A model generated the notes under the pieces. That model worked only from the letters and a program-made list of their open reading frames with translations, had not been told where the DNA came from and ran no database searches. A DNA stretch of 35,759 nucleotides from Gammaproteobacteria bacterium (GTDB lineage: Bacteria > Pseudomonadota > Gammaproteobacteria > SZUA-229), in assembly GCA_029881425.1 (NCBI GenBank), contig JAOUMO010000002.1, positions 1 through 35,759 of the forward strand. Reading direction: 5' to 3'. Made by a program: the position numbers and the translations under genes. This document shows, one piece after another, positions 1 to 10,126 of the stretch. Position 1 is the stretch's first letter. Every line of letters starts with the position of its first letter.

Positions 1-21
1 CACAGGTGGCGTGTAGTTATC

Positions 22-2778
22 CTAGTCAATTTTTACCGCATTATTACGCGCGTCATCGATACTCGCCCATTTAGTCTGGGCACGACGACCGGCATGGTTA
101 ACACGCACCTGCTCATATTCATTCCGCAGTTCGCTTACAAAATTTTCTTTATATTCTTTGGAAATTAAATTCTGCGCCACACCAACGGCACGGGAGGCAT
201 CTTTTACCCAGACACAGGGACCGGCGTAATTGGGTTCAATCTTAACAGCCGTATGCGCCTTTGATGTGGTGGCACCACCCAGCATTATAGGTGTATCAAA
301 CTCGAGTCTTTGCATTTCTTTGGCGATATGCACCATCTCATCCAGTGATGGTGTAATCAGCCCACTCAAACCAATAATATCGACATTCTCTTCTTTTGCC
401 TTTTCCAGTATTTTATTGGCGGGCACCATAACGCCCATATCGATAACTTCAAAGTTATTACATTGCAGCACGACACCAACAATATTTTTACCGATATCAT
501 GCACATCACCCTTGACCGTGGCCATGAGGATTTTACCGTTACTGGAGCTACCCTCGGTCTTTTCTGCTTCAATGAATGGCAGCAAATGCGCCACTGCTTT
601 TTTCATCACGCGCGCTGACTTAACCACCTGCGGCAGGAACATCTTGCCATCGCCGAACAGGTCGCCGACCACGTTCATGCCATCCATCAATGGGCCTTCG
701 ATAACTTCGATCGGGCTCGCATACTGCAACCGTGCCTCTTCGGTATCCTCGATTACAAACGTATCGATACCTTTAACCATGGCATGTGCTATACGTTTCG
801 TCACGGGCAACTCGCGCCACTCCATGGTCTCTTCTTTTTTAGCGCTGCCATCACCTTTATACTTTTCGGCGATATCCAGCAGGCGTTCGGTAGAATCATC
901 GCGTCGATTTAACACCACATCTTCTACCGCATTACGTAGTTCTTCCGGCAGGTCATCGTAGATAGCCAGCTGGCCCGCGTTGACTATACCCATGTCCATA
1001 CCGGCCTTTATGGCATGATATAAAAACACCGCATGGATGGCTTCACGCACCGGGTTATTACCGCGGAAGGAGAAAGACACATTACTTACGCCACCACTGA
1101 CCATGGCATAGGGCAGGGTCTTTTTAATTACACGCGTCGCTTCGATAAAGTCGTTACCGTAATTATTGTGTTCGTCTATACCGGTGGCAACCGCAAAGAT
1201 ATTCGGGTCAAAAATAATATCTTCCGGTGGGAAGTTCACCTGCTCGGTGAGGATCTTATAGGCGCGTGTACAGATTTCGATTTTACGCGCCTGGGTATCG
1301 GCCTGGCCGGTTTCATCGAAGGCCATGACAATAATAGCGGCACCATAACGGCGACAGAGTTTGGCCTGGTGAATAAAGTTCTCTTCGCCTTCCTTGATCG
1401 AAATCGAGTTCACCACGCCCTTGCCCTGGATACACTTCAGGCCGGCCTCGATGATGTGCCACTTACTGGAATCAATCATCACCGGTACGCGGGCAATATC
1501 CGGTTCACTGGCGATAAGATTGAGGAAGGTGGTCATCGCCTTTTCGCCATCGAGCATGCCTTCGTCCATATTGACATCGATAACCTGTGCACCGTTCTCT
1601 ACCTGCTCGCGGGCAACACTCAGGGCTTCATCATATTGCTCTTCGAGAATCAGGCGTTTGAATTTTGCAGAACCGGTAACATTGGTACGCTCACCAACAT
1701 TGACGAATAAAGATGCATCATTAATGTTGCAGGGCTCTAAACCGCTTAAACGACACTCGGTGGCGACTTCGGGAATCTTGCGTGGTGGATACTGCTTAAC
1801 AATGTCACTGATAGCCTTGATATGCGCCGGGCCCGTACCGCAACAACCGCCGACAATATTCAGGAAGCCATTCTTTGCCCAGTCACCAATTTCTTCTGCC
1901 AGCATTTCCGGGGTTTCATCGAAACCACCAAAGGCATTGGGCAGGCCGGCATTGGGGTGCACATTGATATAGCAGTCAGCAATACCGGACATTTCTTCGA
2001 CGTGGGGTCGCAGCTCTTTCGCACCCAGTGCACAGTTAAAACCAAAACTGATCGGTTTGATGTGGCGTAATGAGTTCCAGAAGGCCTCGGGGGTCTGGCC
2101 GGTCAGTATGCGACCACTGGCATCGGTAATGGTGCCGGATATCATCACCGGCAGGATATTACCTGTCTCTTCGAAGTATTCATCAATGGCAAACAATGCC
2201 GCCTTTGCATTTAGCGTATCGAAAACAGTTTCCACCAGGATGATATCCATACCACCCTCGATCAACCCCCTCAGGGAATTGGCATAGGCGAGACGCAACT
2301 GGTCGAAGCTCACATCACGGGCACCGGGATTATTCACATCCTTGGACATCGAGGCGGTTACCGGCATCGGCCCCAGCACACCGGCGACAAACCGGGGTTT
2401 TTCAGCCGAGGCCATGGCATCACAGGCCTCACGTGCGACACGGGCGGCAGCGACATTCAACTCATACACCAGGTCTTCGGCCTCCATGCCATAATCGGCC
2501 ATGCCGTAGTGATTGGCATTAAAGGAATTGGTTTCGATGATATCGGCACCAGCCTGCAGGTAGGCGGTATGAATATCCCTGATAATCTGCGGCTGGGTCA
2601 GTACCAGCAGGTCATTATTGCCCTTCAGGTCGCTGGGCCAGTCTTTAAAGCGCTCGCCTCGATAGTCTTCTTCATCCAGCCCGTAGGTCTGGATCATGGT
2701 ACCCATGGCACCATCCAGGATCAGGATGCGCTGTTCGAGGGCGGCTTTAAAATCGGCGATGCGTTGTTCTGTACTCAT
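22..2778 (-). CDS. metH: Cobalamin-dependent methionine synthase MetH (homocysteine-binding, pterin-binding, cap and B12-binding modules). The ORF is closed by an in-frame TAG just before the AdoMet reactivation module.
   Basis: 918-aa ORF collinear with E. coli MetH from residue 1 ([43 protein letters not shown]12-binding motif). The same frame continues after the TAG as DNYTPPV to the window edge. Confidence 0.9.
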   Translation of the reverse strand: MSTEQRIADFKAALEQRILILDGAMGTMIQTYGLDEEDYRGERFKDWPSDLKGNNDLLVLTQPQIIRDIHTAYLQAGADIIETNSFNANHYGMADYGMEAEDLVYELNVAAARVAREACDAMASAEKPRFVAGVLGPMPVTASMSKDVNNPGARDVSFDQLRLAYANSLRGLIEGGMDIILVETVFDTLNAKAALFAIDEYFEETGNILPVMISGTITDASGRILTGQTPEAFWNSLRHIKPISFGFNCALGAKELRPHVEEMSGIADCYINVHPNAGLPNAFGGFDETPEMLAEEIGDWAKNGFLNIVGGCCGTGPAHIKAISDIVKQYPPRKIPEVATECRLSGLEPCNINDASLFVNVGERTNVTGSAKFKRLILEEQYDEALSVAREQVENGAQVIDVNMDEGMLDGEKAMTTFLNLIASEPDIARVPVMIDSSKWHIIEAGLKCIQGKGVVNSISIKEGEENFIHQAKLCRRYGAAIIVMAFDETGQADTQARKIEICTRAYKILTEQVNFPPEDIIFDPNIFAVATGIDEHNNYGNDFIEATRVIKKTLPYAMVSGGVSNVSFSFRGNNPVREAIHAVFLYHAIKAGMDMGIVNAGQLAIYDDLPEELRNAVEDVVLNRRDDSTERLLDIAEKYKGDGSAKKEETMEWRELPVTKRIAHAMVKGIDTFVIEDTEEARLQYASPIEVIEGPLMDGMNVVGDLFGDGKMFLPQVVKSARVMKKAVAHLLPFIEAEKTEGSSSNGKILMATVKGDVHDIGKNIVGVVLQCNNFEVIDMGVMVPANKILEKAKEENVDIIGLSGLITPSLDEMVHIAKEMQRLEFDTPIMLGGATTSKAHTAVKIEPNYAGPCVWVKDASRAVGVAQNLISKEYKENFVSELRNEYEQVRVNHAGRRAQTKWASIDDARNNAVKID

Positions 2779-2880
2779 TCTACGGACCAGATATTATGAA
2801 AAATAAAGTCGCGAATTATATCACGTTAGTTTGTGTAGACTGAGTAATGATTCAGTAACATCGGTGTTAAACTGCAGACT

Positions 2881-3594
2881 ATGAATGCCGATCAACTATC
2901 ACTCTATATAACCGCGGAACACAACTGCGGTTATTACGATGACCGAAATTCTGCCAACCTGGTTCCGGACCCACAGGTGAGCATGAATAATGGCCTCTAC
3001 AGCCTGCTGGTGAGTCATGGCTTTCGCCGTAGCGGTGATTTTGTCTACCGTCCCCACTGCAAGACCTGTAGCGCCTGTATGCCCTGCCGCATTGATATTG
3101 CCCAATTCAGGGCAAACCGTAACCAGCGCCGCTGCCTGAAAAATAATGCCGATTTAACAATGCATATCAAAGATGCCCGCTTTAGCGATGAATACCTGGC
3201 GCTGTACCAGCGCTATCTCAATCGCCGTCACAGTGATAGCAGCATGGCCAATCCACAGGCCGATGACTTTACCAAATTCTTACTCAATGACTGGGGGAAG
3301 ACCCTGTTTATTGAATCCAGGCTGGAGGGCAAGCTAGCCTGTATCGCGGTGGTGGACTACCTGAATAATGGCCTGTCTGCTGTATACAGTTTTTTTGATC
3401 CTGATCTGGGGCACCGCAGCCTGGGGACCTTCGCCATTTTACAGCAGGTCTGGCTGGCCCGGCTTTATCGCCTGCCCCATGTTTACCTCGGTTACTGGAT
3501 ACAACAGCACCCAAAAATGGATTACAAAAAACACTTCCAGCCCCTGGAATACTTACAGCACGATCACTGGCAAACATTCAATAATGCATCTTGA
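2881..3594 (+). CDS. bpt: Aspartate/glutamate leucyltransferase (bacterial ATE-family aminoacyl-tRNA protein transferase, Bpt)
   Basis: 237 aa with GFRRSG..YRPHC..C..C motif and a C-terminal YLGYWI block typical of Bpt/ATE. Confidence 0.85.
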   Translation: MNADQLSLYITAEHNCGYYDDRNSANLVPDPQVSMNNGLYSLLVSHGFRRSGDFVYRPHCKTCSACMPCRIDIAQFRANRNQRRCLKNNADLTMHIKDARFSDEYLALYQRYLNRRHSDSSMANPQADDFTKFLLNDWGKTLFIESRLEGKLACIAVVDYLNNGLSAVYSFFDPDLGHRSLGTFAILQQVWLARLYRLPHVYLGYWIQQHPKMDYKKHFQPLEYLQHDHWQTFNNAS

Positions 3595-3600
3595 AAAATC

Positions 3601-3614
3601 TTGATTTACATCAA
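3601..3614. promoter_or_regulatory. Perfect FNR/CRP-family box TTGAT-TTAC-ATCAA
   Basis: Exact match to the E. coli FNR consensus TTGAT-N4-ATCAA. A TACACT -10-like hexamer lies at 3641-3646. fnr itself is encoded about 630 bp downstream. Confidence 0.6.
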
Positions 3615-3649
3615 ATACTCACATCAACTTCCCCGATAAGCTACACTCC

Positions 3650-3759
3650 ATTGAAAGACAAAACCATTCAATATAAGTGGTTTTGTAAAGAATCTCCTGG
3701 GGGGGAGTAAAAGAGTTGATTCAAAAAGCCCTGTGCTTTGTGGATCAACTCTTTTTTTT
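3650..3759 (+). ncRNA. Candidate FNR-dependent small RNA (or structured bpt 3' UTR)
   Basis: No ORF. Contains a 9-bp hairpin (3658-3666 / 3678-3686), a UCUCCU plus G7 segment, and a long terminator hairpin with T8. Sits downstream of the FNR box and -10-like hexamer. The 5' end is only predicted. Confidence 0.3.
3709..3759 (+). terminator. Rho-independent terminator
   Basis: Arms aaaagagttgat (3709-3720) and atcaactctttt (3744-3755), with an inner caaaaagc/gctttgtg extension, followed by a T8 run. Confidence 0.75.
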
Positions 3760-3842
3760 GTATATAACCCTATAATTTGCCCGATGTTAACGCATATGAT
3801 TCAGTGCTATTATCAGCCATTCAATACTTCCGGTAGCTCATC

Positions 3843-4151
3843 ATGTCTGTAGAAGACGATATCACCTTAAAACTAGAAAATGCACTACATCCCCAGCACC
3901 TGGATGTCGTTAATGAAAGCCACAAGCACAATGTGCCAGCGGGCTCTGAATCTCATTTTAAGGTGGTCATTGTCAGTGATGAATTTAATGGCAAAATGCT
4001 TGTTGCCCGACACCGCATGATCAATAAAATCCTTGCAGAGGAACTGCAGGCTGTTATCCATGCGCTCGCGCTACATACCCTGACCCCCGAAGAATGGGCC
4101 GAAAAGGGTGTGGCGCCCGCATCCCCTCCTTGTATGGGTGGTGGTAAATAG
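3843..4151 (+). CDS. bolA: BolA family transcriptional regulator
   Basis: 102 aa. The block VVNESHKHNVPAGSESHFKVVIVSDEFNG...RHRMI...HALALHT is near-identical to the E. coli BolA core. Confidence 0.85.
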   Translation: MSVEDDITLKLENALHPQHLDVVNESHKHNVPAGSESHFKVVIVSDEFNGKMLVARHRMINKILAEELQAVIHALALHTLTPEEWAEKGVAPASPPCMGGGK

Positions 4152-4241
4152 CATTAAACCCGTGCTAATTAGGGCTTTTACTGAAAAAAACTTGGCAAAC
4201 ACCCATTTCCTTCATATGCTTGTAAACAGGAAGGGACTTTT

Positions 4242-5027
4242 ATGAAAGATAATGTCATGACTTCACTGCAGCCAATAAAATTATCAACACTTAAAACCGC
4301 GTGCAAAAGCTGTAGCTTACATGACCTGTGCCTGCCGCTGGGGCTGGACCTGAGCGATATCGACCGGCTGAATGAGATCATCAAACGCCGCAAACCCCTG
4401 CAAAAGGGTGAATACCTGTTCCAGAATGGCAATACCTTTACATCTATATATGCCGTTCGCAGTGGCTCTATCAAAACCTACACTGAAAGTGAGCAGGGTG
4501 ATGAACAAATAACCGGTCTCTATTTACCCGGTGAAATACTGGGCCTGGACGCGATACACAATAATCAACACCCCTGTTCAGCCATTGCCCTCGAAACCAC
4601 CAGCCTGTGTGAGATCCCCTTCAATATCCTGGAGGAATTGAGCGAGGCCGTGCCAGGCCTGTATCACCAGCTATTTCGTATCATGAGCAAGGAAATTGCC
4701 TCAGATGAGGCTCTGCTGATGCTCATGGCACAGAAAAATGCTGAAGAGCGACTCGCCGCCTTCCTGATCAACATGTCAACACGACTTAAACAACGGAATT
4801 TCTCAGAGACTGAATTTCACCTCAGCATGTCGCGCAAGGACATAGGTAATTATCTGGGATTAACCATTGAAACTATCAGCCGTACATTTAGCCGTTTTCA
4901 GAATGATGGCCTGCTAACAACGCAACGTAAATACGTCAATATTTTGAAACTCAATGAGCTAAAGGCTATTGCCGGCATAGGCCGCCATGCCGCTGAAAAC
5001 AGTGCTGATGATTCAGTCGCCGGCTAA
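4242..5027 (+). CDS. fnr: FNR/ANR-type oxygen-sensing CRP-family transcription regulator
   Basis: 261 aa with an N-terminal Cys cluster (CKSCSLHDLC) plus the Cys in LCEIPF. Contains EQGDEQITG, and the C-terminal HTH RKDIGNYLGLTIETISR matches E. coli FNR. SD ggaaggga lies upstream. Confidence 0.9.
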   Translation: MKDNVMTSLQPIKLSTLKTACKSCSLHDLCLPLGLDLSDIDRLNEIIKRRKPLQKGEYLFQNGNTFTSIYAVRSGSIKTYTESEQGDEQITGLYLPGEILGLDAIHNNQHPCSAIALETTSLCEIPFNILEELSEAVPGLYHQLFRIMSKEIASDEALLMLMAQKNAEERLAAFLINMSTRLKQRNFSETEFHLSMSRKDIGNYLGLTIETISRTFSRFQNDGLLTTQRKYVNILKLNELKAIAGIGRHAAENSADDSVAG

Positions 5028-5104
5028 CAATATATTGTCACCATCCAGTTATCACCCCGAATACCTGGCAATTAAGCCGTATTAGAACAACTATCGGTTA
5101 ATCT

Positions 5105-5635
5105 ATGGATAATACAAAAAATATAATCCACTCACTGGGTAAGATCCCCGTCCTCTACGGCCTTGATGCCGACGAACTCAAAGTTGTTCTCTCCATCTGC
5201 AAACCCGAAACCTATAACAAGGATATGACCCTGTTTCACCAGGGATCACCCAGCCATGACATGTACATATTACTGTCAGGGCAGATTGAGATAGTTACCG
5301 AACAACAGGGCTGTATCTGCACCCTGGGTAGCTGTGATCTTTTTGGTGAAATCGGACTGATTACCCAGCAGACCCGCTCTGCCAGTGCCGTCACCCTGAC
5401 CGAGTGCAAATTATTAAAAATAAACCACGTACAGTTCAACCTGCTCACCGGGACACACCCTCGTATCAGTGCGATTCTAATGAAAAATATCAGTACCAAC
5501 CTGGCATCCCATGTATTGCGCATGAACAATGCCCTGGCACTGGAGCACATCCCCCAGGAAAAGCATGACACCCTGTCGGAGCATGAATCACTGATCCTGT
5601 TCAGCCAGTCCAGTGATGATGAATCGAGCCATTAA
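5105..5635 (+). CDS. Stand-alone cyclic-nucleotide-binding (CAP effector) domain protein with no DNA-binding domain
   Basis: 176 aa with the LFGEIGL...RSASAV phosphate-binding-cassette motif. The C-terminus is an acidic, low-complexity tail. Confidence 0.75.
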   Translation: MDNTKNIIHSLGKIPVLYGLDADELKVVLSICKPETYNKDMTLFHQGSPSHDMYILLSGQIEIVTEQQGCICTLGSCDLFGEIGLITQQTRSASAVTLTECKLLKINHVQFNLLTGTHPRISAILMKNISTNLASHVLRMNNALALEHIPQEKHDTLSEHESLILFSQSSDDESSH

Positions 5636-5806
5636 TACCTATTTTTTCCCCACTTAGACACCTTTCTTTTACAGTTTTTAAACTTGCGACTACAAGTGTT
5701 TGATTCGTTTGTACGGTAAAAAAAATTGTCTATTTTTTTCATTTTCATATTTCATGAGGCCTGTTTTATAGGGTAATATGACTCGTCCATGCAGACGGAC
5801 ATCGCA

Positions 5807-6793
5807 ATGCAAATTGGCCCTTATCATTTAACATCACCTGTTTTCCTCGCGCCCATGGCAGGCGTTACGGATCGCCCCTTCCGGCAGCTTTGCCGCCAGC
5901 TGGGCGCAGGGCTAGCAGTATCTGAAATGGTCAGCGCCGACCCGACACTGAGAAACAGCCGCAAAACCCGGTTACGCCTTGACCATGAGGGTGAGCAGGC
6001 CCCTGTCAGTGTACAGATCGCGGGGACCGAACCCCTTATAATGGCCGATGCCGCACGCTTTAACGTGGATCACGGCGCCCAGGTTATTGATATCAACATG
6101 GGCTGCCCGGCGAAAAAAGTCTGCAATGTTCTGGCGGGGTCCGCACTGCTTAAAGATGTAGACAAAGTGGCCGCTATAGTTGAGTCCGTGGTCAATGCGG
6201 TAGAGGTGCCCGTCACCTTAAAAATCCGCACTGGCTGGGATAGCAACAATCGCAATGCGGTACAGGTTGCTCGTATAGCCGAGGAGGCCGGTATACAGGC
6301 GCTGACTATCCATGGTCGTACACGGGCATGCGCCTACCGGGGTGAGGCGGAATACGAAACCATTGCCGAGGTAAAATCACGCATCAATATTCCGGTGATA
6401 GCCAACGGTGATATTACCTCAGCGGATAAGGCAAAAAGGGTGCTGGATCAAACCGGTGCCGATGCCATCATGATTGGCCGTGCGGCCCAGGGACAACCCT
6501 GGATTTTCCGTGAGATCAATCATTTTTTGCAGACAGGCGAATACCTGCCTGCTGCCACTATCGATGAAATCGGCCAGTGGCTGGAAGGACACCTGTACAA
6601 CCTCTATGCATTTTACGGGGATTACATGGGTGTACGTATTGCCCGCAAGCACATCAGCTGGTATTGCAAGACCCAGCCCGGTGCCGAGGCATTCCGTAAA
6701 CACATCAACCAGGTGGAGACGCCTGAACAACAAATAAATGATGTGATGAACTTTTTAAAACAAATAATTAGAAATGAGTCATTCGCTGCATGA
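5807..6793 (+). CDS. dusB: tRNA-dihydrouridine synthase B
   Basis: MQIGPY..LAPMAGVTDRPFR..SEMV aligns with the E. coli DusB N-terminus. An alternative in-frame ATG lies at 5789. Shows the conserved dusB-fis arrangement. Confidence 0.9.
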   Translation: MQIGPYHLTSPVFLAPMAGVTDRPFRQLCRQLGAGLAVSEMVSADPTLRNSRKTRLRLDHEGEQAPVSVQIAGTEPLIMADAARFNVDHGAQVIDINMGCPAKKVCNVLAGSALLKDVDKVAAIVESVVNAVEVPVTLKIRTGWDSNNRNAVQVARIAEEAGIQALTIHGRTRACAYRGEAEYETIAEVKSRINIPVIANGDITSADKAKRVLDQTGADAIMIGRAAQGQPWIFREINHFLQTGEYLPAATIDEIGQWLEGHLYNLYAFYGDYMGVRIARKHISWYCKTQPGAEAFRKHINQVETPEQQINDVMNFLKQIIRNESFAA

Positions 6794-7077
6794 ATACAAT
6801 AAAAAATAATGTTATTCCCATGTCCATTACCAAGAATATTCCCGAATCAAATAGCCTGAGTGAAACGGTTAGACGTTCCCTGGCGCAATTCCTGGACGAG
6901 ATGGAAGGTGATCAGCCCGAGAACCTGTACGACATGGTATTACAGCAGATAGAAGAACCAATGCTGGAACTGGTGATGCAATACGTCGATGGCAACCAGT
7001 CCCGTGCCGCCGACTGCCTGGGGCTCAATCGCGGCACCCTGCGCAAGAAGCTAAAAGCCTATAACCTGCTCAAATAA
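6790..7077 (+). CDS. fis: DNA-binding protein Fis
   Basis: 95 aa with a C-terminal ..VMQY..GNQSRAA..LG(I/L)NRGTLRKKLK motif. The start overlaps the dusB stop (ATGA). Confidence 0.9.
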   Translation: MNTIKNNVIPMSITKNIPESNSLSETVRRSLAQFLDEMEGDQPENLYDMVLQQIEEPMLELVMQYVDGNQSRAADCLGLNRGTLRKKLKAYNLLK

Positions 7078-7090
7078 ATCCATCAGTAAC

Positions 7091-7131
7091 GGCCAAAAAT
7101 TGGCCGATTCCCCCCTGCGCGAGAATGATTT
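7091..7131. repeat. Hairpin ggccaa-aaa-ttggcc followed by a degenerate REP-like palindrome (gattcccccctgcgcgagaatgat)
   Basis: Lies directly after the fis stop. The second part resembles the better-formed REP at 25126-25150. Confidence 0.35.
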
Positions 7132-7176
7132 ACGTTATAATCCGCAACCTAATTTAGAGTCATCCGGAAACCGATC

Positions 7177-8748
7177 ATGAGTAATAACAATCCAAGTCCC
7201 GTGAAACGGGCATTGATCAGTGTGTCTGATAAAACAGGCGTTATTGAACTGGGCAGGGCACTGGCTGAGGCTGGTGTAGAAATTCTTTCCACCGGCGGCA
7301 CAGCCAAAACACTGACCGAAAACAATATCCCGGTAAAAGAGGTTTCCGAGCACACCGGTTTCCCGGAAATGATGGATGGTCGTGTAAAAACCCTGCACCC
7401 CAAAATTCACGGCGGCATCCTGGGTCGTCGCGGTATCGATGATGAAGTCATGAAGATCAATGGTATAGACCCGATCGACCTGGTCGTGGTCAACCTCTAC
7501 CCGTTTGAGGCCACAGTGGCCAAAGACGACTGTTCACTGGACGATGCCATAGAGAATATCGACATCGGTGGCCCGACCATGGTACGTGCTACCGCGAAGA
7601 ACCATGCCTATGTCACGATCGTGGTGAATCCTTCAGACTATGATCGTGTGATCGCAGAAATCAACACCGGCGGCATCACGGCGGCAACCCGTTTTGACCT
7701 GGCGGTAAAAGCCTTTGAGCACACCTCTAACTATGACGGTCATATTGCCAACTACCTGGGACGTATCCAGGATGATGGCACAAAATCTGACTTCCCACGC
7801 ACCTTCAATCTACAGTTCGATAAGGTGCAGGAAATGCGTTATGGCGAAAACCCTCACCAGAAGGCCGCATTTTACAAGGAAGCCCATCCGGCTGATGTAT
7901 CTGTTGCTTCGGCAGTACAGGTCCAGGGCAAGGAACTATCCTACAACAATGTGGCCGATACCGACGCCGCACTCGAGTGCGTAAAATCCTTTGATGAGCC
8001 TGCCTGCGTGATCGTCAAACATGCCAACCCCTGTGGTGTGGCGATTGCTGATAATTCAATGGCCGCCTATGAGCTGGCCTACAAAACAGATCCGACATCG
8101 GCCTTTGGTGGCATTATCGCCTTCAACCGCACCCTGGAAGAAGACGTCGCCGCTGAAATCATCAAGCGCCAGTTTGTCGAAGTCATTATTGCACCGGCAA
8201 TTAGCGACGCCGCAAAAACTGCTTTAAAAGATAAACCCAATGTCCGCGTGCTTGAATGCGGTGAGTGGCAGTCAGCCACACCGGGACTGGATTTCAAACG
8301 CATCAATGGCGGCCTGCTGGTACAGGATCGTGACCTGGGCATGGTTGGCCAGGACGACCTTTCCGTGGTGACTGAACGCAAGCCCACCGACGATGAATTA
8401 AAAGACCTGATGTTCGCCTGGAAAGTGGCCAAGTTCGTGAAGTCCAATGCCATTGTCTATGTCAAAAACCAGATGACTATCGGTGTCGGTGCCGGCCAGA
8501 TGAGCCGTGTCTATTCAGCGAAGGTAGCCGGTATAAAAGCTGCCGACGAAAAACTGGAGGTTAAGGGTTCGGTCATGGCATCAGATGCCTTCTTCCCTTT
8601 CCGTGACGGCATCGATGCCGCCCATGAAGCGGGTATTACAGCGGTGATCCAGCCCGGTGGCTCGATGCGCGATGACGAAGTTATTGCTGCCGCCAATGAA
8701 CACGGCATGGCCATGGTGTTTACCGGTATGCGTCATTTCAGACATTAA
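7177..8748 (+). CDS. purH: Bifunctional AICAR transformylase / IMP cyclohydrolase
   Basis: 523 aa with the N-terminal [12 protein letters not shown]-like domain. Full-length collinearity with PurH, ending ..TGMRHFRH. Confidence 0.95.
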   Translation: MSNNNPSPVKRALISVSDKTGVIELGRALAEAGVEILSTGGTAKTLTENNIPVKEVSEHTGFPEMMDGRVKTLHPKIHGGILGRRGIDDEVMKINGIDPIDLVVVNLYPFEATVAKDDCSLDDAIENIDIGGPTMVRATAKNHAYVTIVVNPSDYDRVIAEINTGGITAATRFDLAVKAFEHTSNYDGHIANYLGRIQDDGTKSDFPRTFNLQFDKVQEMRYGENPHQKAAFYKEAHPADVSVASAVQVQGKELSYNNVADTDAALECVKSFDEPACVIVKHANPCGVAIADNSMAAYELAYKTDPTSAFGGIIAFNRTLEEDVAAEIIKRQFVEVIIAPAISDAAKTALKDKPNVRVLECGEWQSATPGLDFKRINGGLLVQDRDLGMVGQDDLSVVTERKPTDDELKDLMFAWKVAKFVKSNAIVYVKNQMTIGVGAGQMSRVYSAKVAGIKAADEKLEVKGSVMASDAFFPFRDGIDAAHEAGITAVIQPGGSMRDDEVIAAANEHGMAMVFTGMRHFRH

Positions 8749-8765
8749 TCGATTGATACAGTATT

Positions 8766-8802
8766 GCGGGGATACGGGATTTTATCATCCGGCTATCCCC
8801 GC
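8766..8802 (+). repeat. Intercistronic hairpin between purH and purD
   Basis: Perfect 9-bp arms gcggggata / tatccccgc around a 19-nt loop. There is no T-run, so it is not called a terminator. Confidence 0.4.
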
Positions 8803-8835
8803 CTCCCTGTGTCCCAGCGTCAAAAGAGAATCAAC

Positions 8836-10113
8836 ATGAACATATTAATCATCGGCGGCGGTGGCCGCGAACATGCACTGGCATGGAAATCAGCCCAGTC
8901 TGCCCAGGTTGAAAAGGTATTTGTCGCCCCCGGTAATGCGGGTACGGCCCATGAAGCCAAAATGGAAAATGTTGCGATAGCCGCCGATGATATTGCCGCC
9001 CTCAAAGACTTTGCACTGGATAATGCTATCGGCCTCACCATTGTTGGCCCGGAAGTACCGCTGGTGATGGGTATAGTCGATGAGTTCAAGGCTGCTGGCT
9101 TAAAAATATTTGGCCCATCCCGAGCAGCAGCCCAGCTGGAAGGCTCCAAGGCCTTCAGCAAGGACTTCCTTGCTCGCCACAATATACCAACCGCGGCCTA
9201 TGGCAATTTTTCCAGGGAAGATGAGGCCATTGCCTATATCAAACAACAGGGCGCACCGATTGTAGTCAAGGCTGATGGACTGGCGGCCGGCAAGGGCGTC
9301 ATCCTGGCACAGACCGAAGACGAAGCCATCGCTGCAGTAAAAGATATGCTATCGGGCAATGCCTTTGGTGATGCCGGTGCACGCGTCGTCATTGAAGAAT
9401 TTTTGCAGGGCGAGGAAGCCAGTTTTATATGCATGATAGACGGCAAGAATATTCTCGCCATGGCCACATCACAGGACCATAAAGCAAGGGACAATGGCGA
9501 CAAGGGACCTAACACTGGCGGCATGGGCGCCTACTCACCCGCACCGGTAGTCACTGCCGAAATACATCAACGCGCAATCGATGAAATCATTCGCCCCACG
9601 GTCGATGGCATGGCTGCAGAAGGCAATGATTACACCGGTTTCCTCTATGCCGGCCTGATGATTGACGCTGATGGAAACTCTAAAGTACTGGAATACAATG
9701 TACGTTTCGGCGACCCCGAAACCCAGCCTATTATGCTGCGCATGAAATCTGACCTGGTGGAACTCTGCCTTGCCGCAACCGAAGGCAAGCTCGATCAGCA
9801 CAACACGGAATGGGATCAACGCTGCTCGCTGGGCGTGGTACTGGCTGCCGGCGGCTACCCTGATCACTACAACAAGGGCGATGTCATAACCGGCCTCGAG
9901 AGCCTGGACAGCGATAGCACGAAAGTCTTCCATGCAGGTACGGCAGAACAGGATGGTAAGGTCGTCACCAGCGGTGGACGTGTACTCTGTGCCTGTGCAC
10001 TGGGCAACACGGTTGCAGAAGCCCAGGCTACCGCCTATGCTATGGTTAAGAAAATACAATGGAACCAGGTATATTACCGTACCGATATTGGCTACCGTGC
10101 AATTAACCGTTAA
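8836..10113 (+). CDS. purD: Phosphoribosylamine-glycine ligase
   Basis: Homology begins at MNILIIGGGGREHALAWK. The 24 upstream codons in the ORF track read through the hairpin and are not conserved sequence. Confidence 0.95.
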   Translation: MNILIIGGGGREHALAWKSAQSAQVEKVFVAPGNAGTAHEAKMENVAIAADDIAALKDFALDNAIGLTIVGPEVPLVMGIVDEFKAAGLKIFGPSRAAAQLEGSKAFSKDFLARHNIPTAAYGNFSREDEAIAYIKQQGAPIVVKADGLAAGKGVILAQTEDEAIAAVKDMLSGNAFGDAGARVVIEEFLQGEEASFICMIDGKNILAMATSQDHKARDNGDKGPNTGGMGAYSPAPVVTAEIHQRAIDEIIRPTVDGMAAEGNDYTGFLYAGLMIDADGNSKVLEYNVRFGDPETQPIMLRMKSDLVELCLAATEGKLDQHNTEWDQRCSLGVVLAAGGYPDHYNKGDVITGLESLDSDSTKVFHAGTAEQDGKVVTSGGRVLCACALGNTVAEAQATAYAMVKKIQWNQVYYRTDIGYRAINR

Positions 10114-10126
10114 CTAAGTACATAAC

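Noticed and set aside
230-2799. Several long plus-strand ORFs (for example 230-961, 1033-1710, 1394-1972) antisense to metH
   Set aside because: They lie entirely inside a strongly supported MetH reading frame. Their translations are low-complexity (S/T/P/I-rich) with no recognisable motifs. These are typical shadow ORFs.
8764-8835. 24-codon N-terminal extension of purD
   Set aside because: PurD homology starts at MNILIIGGGGRE. The extension covers the intercistronic hairpin.
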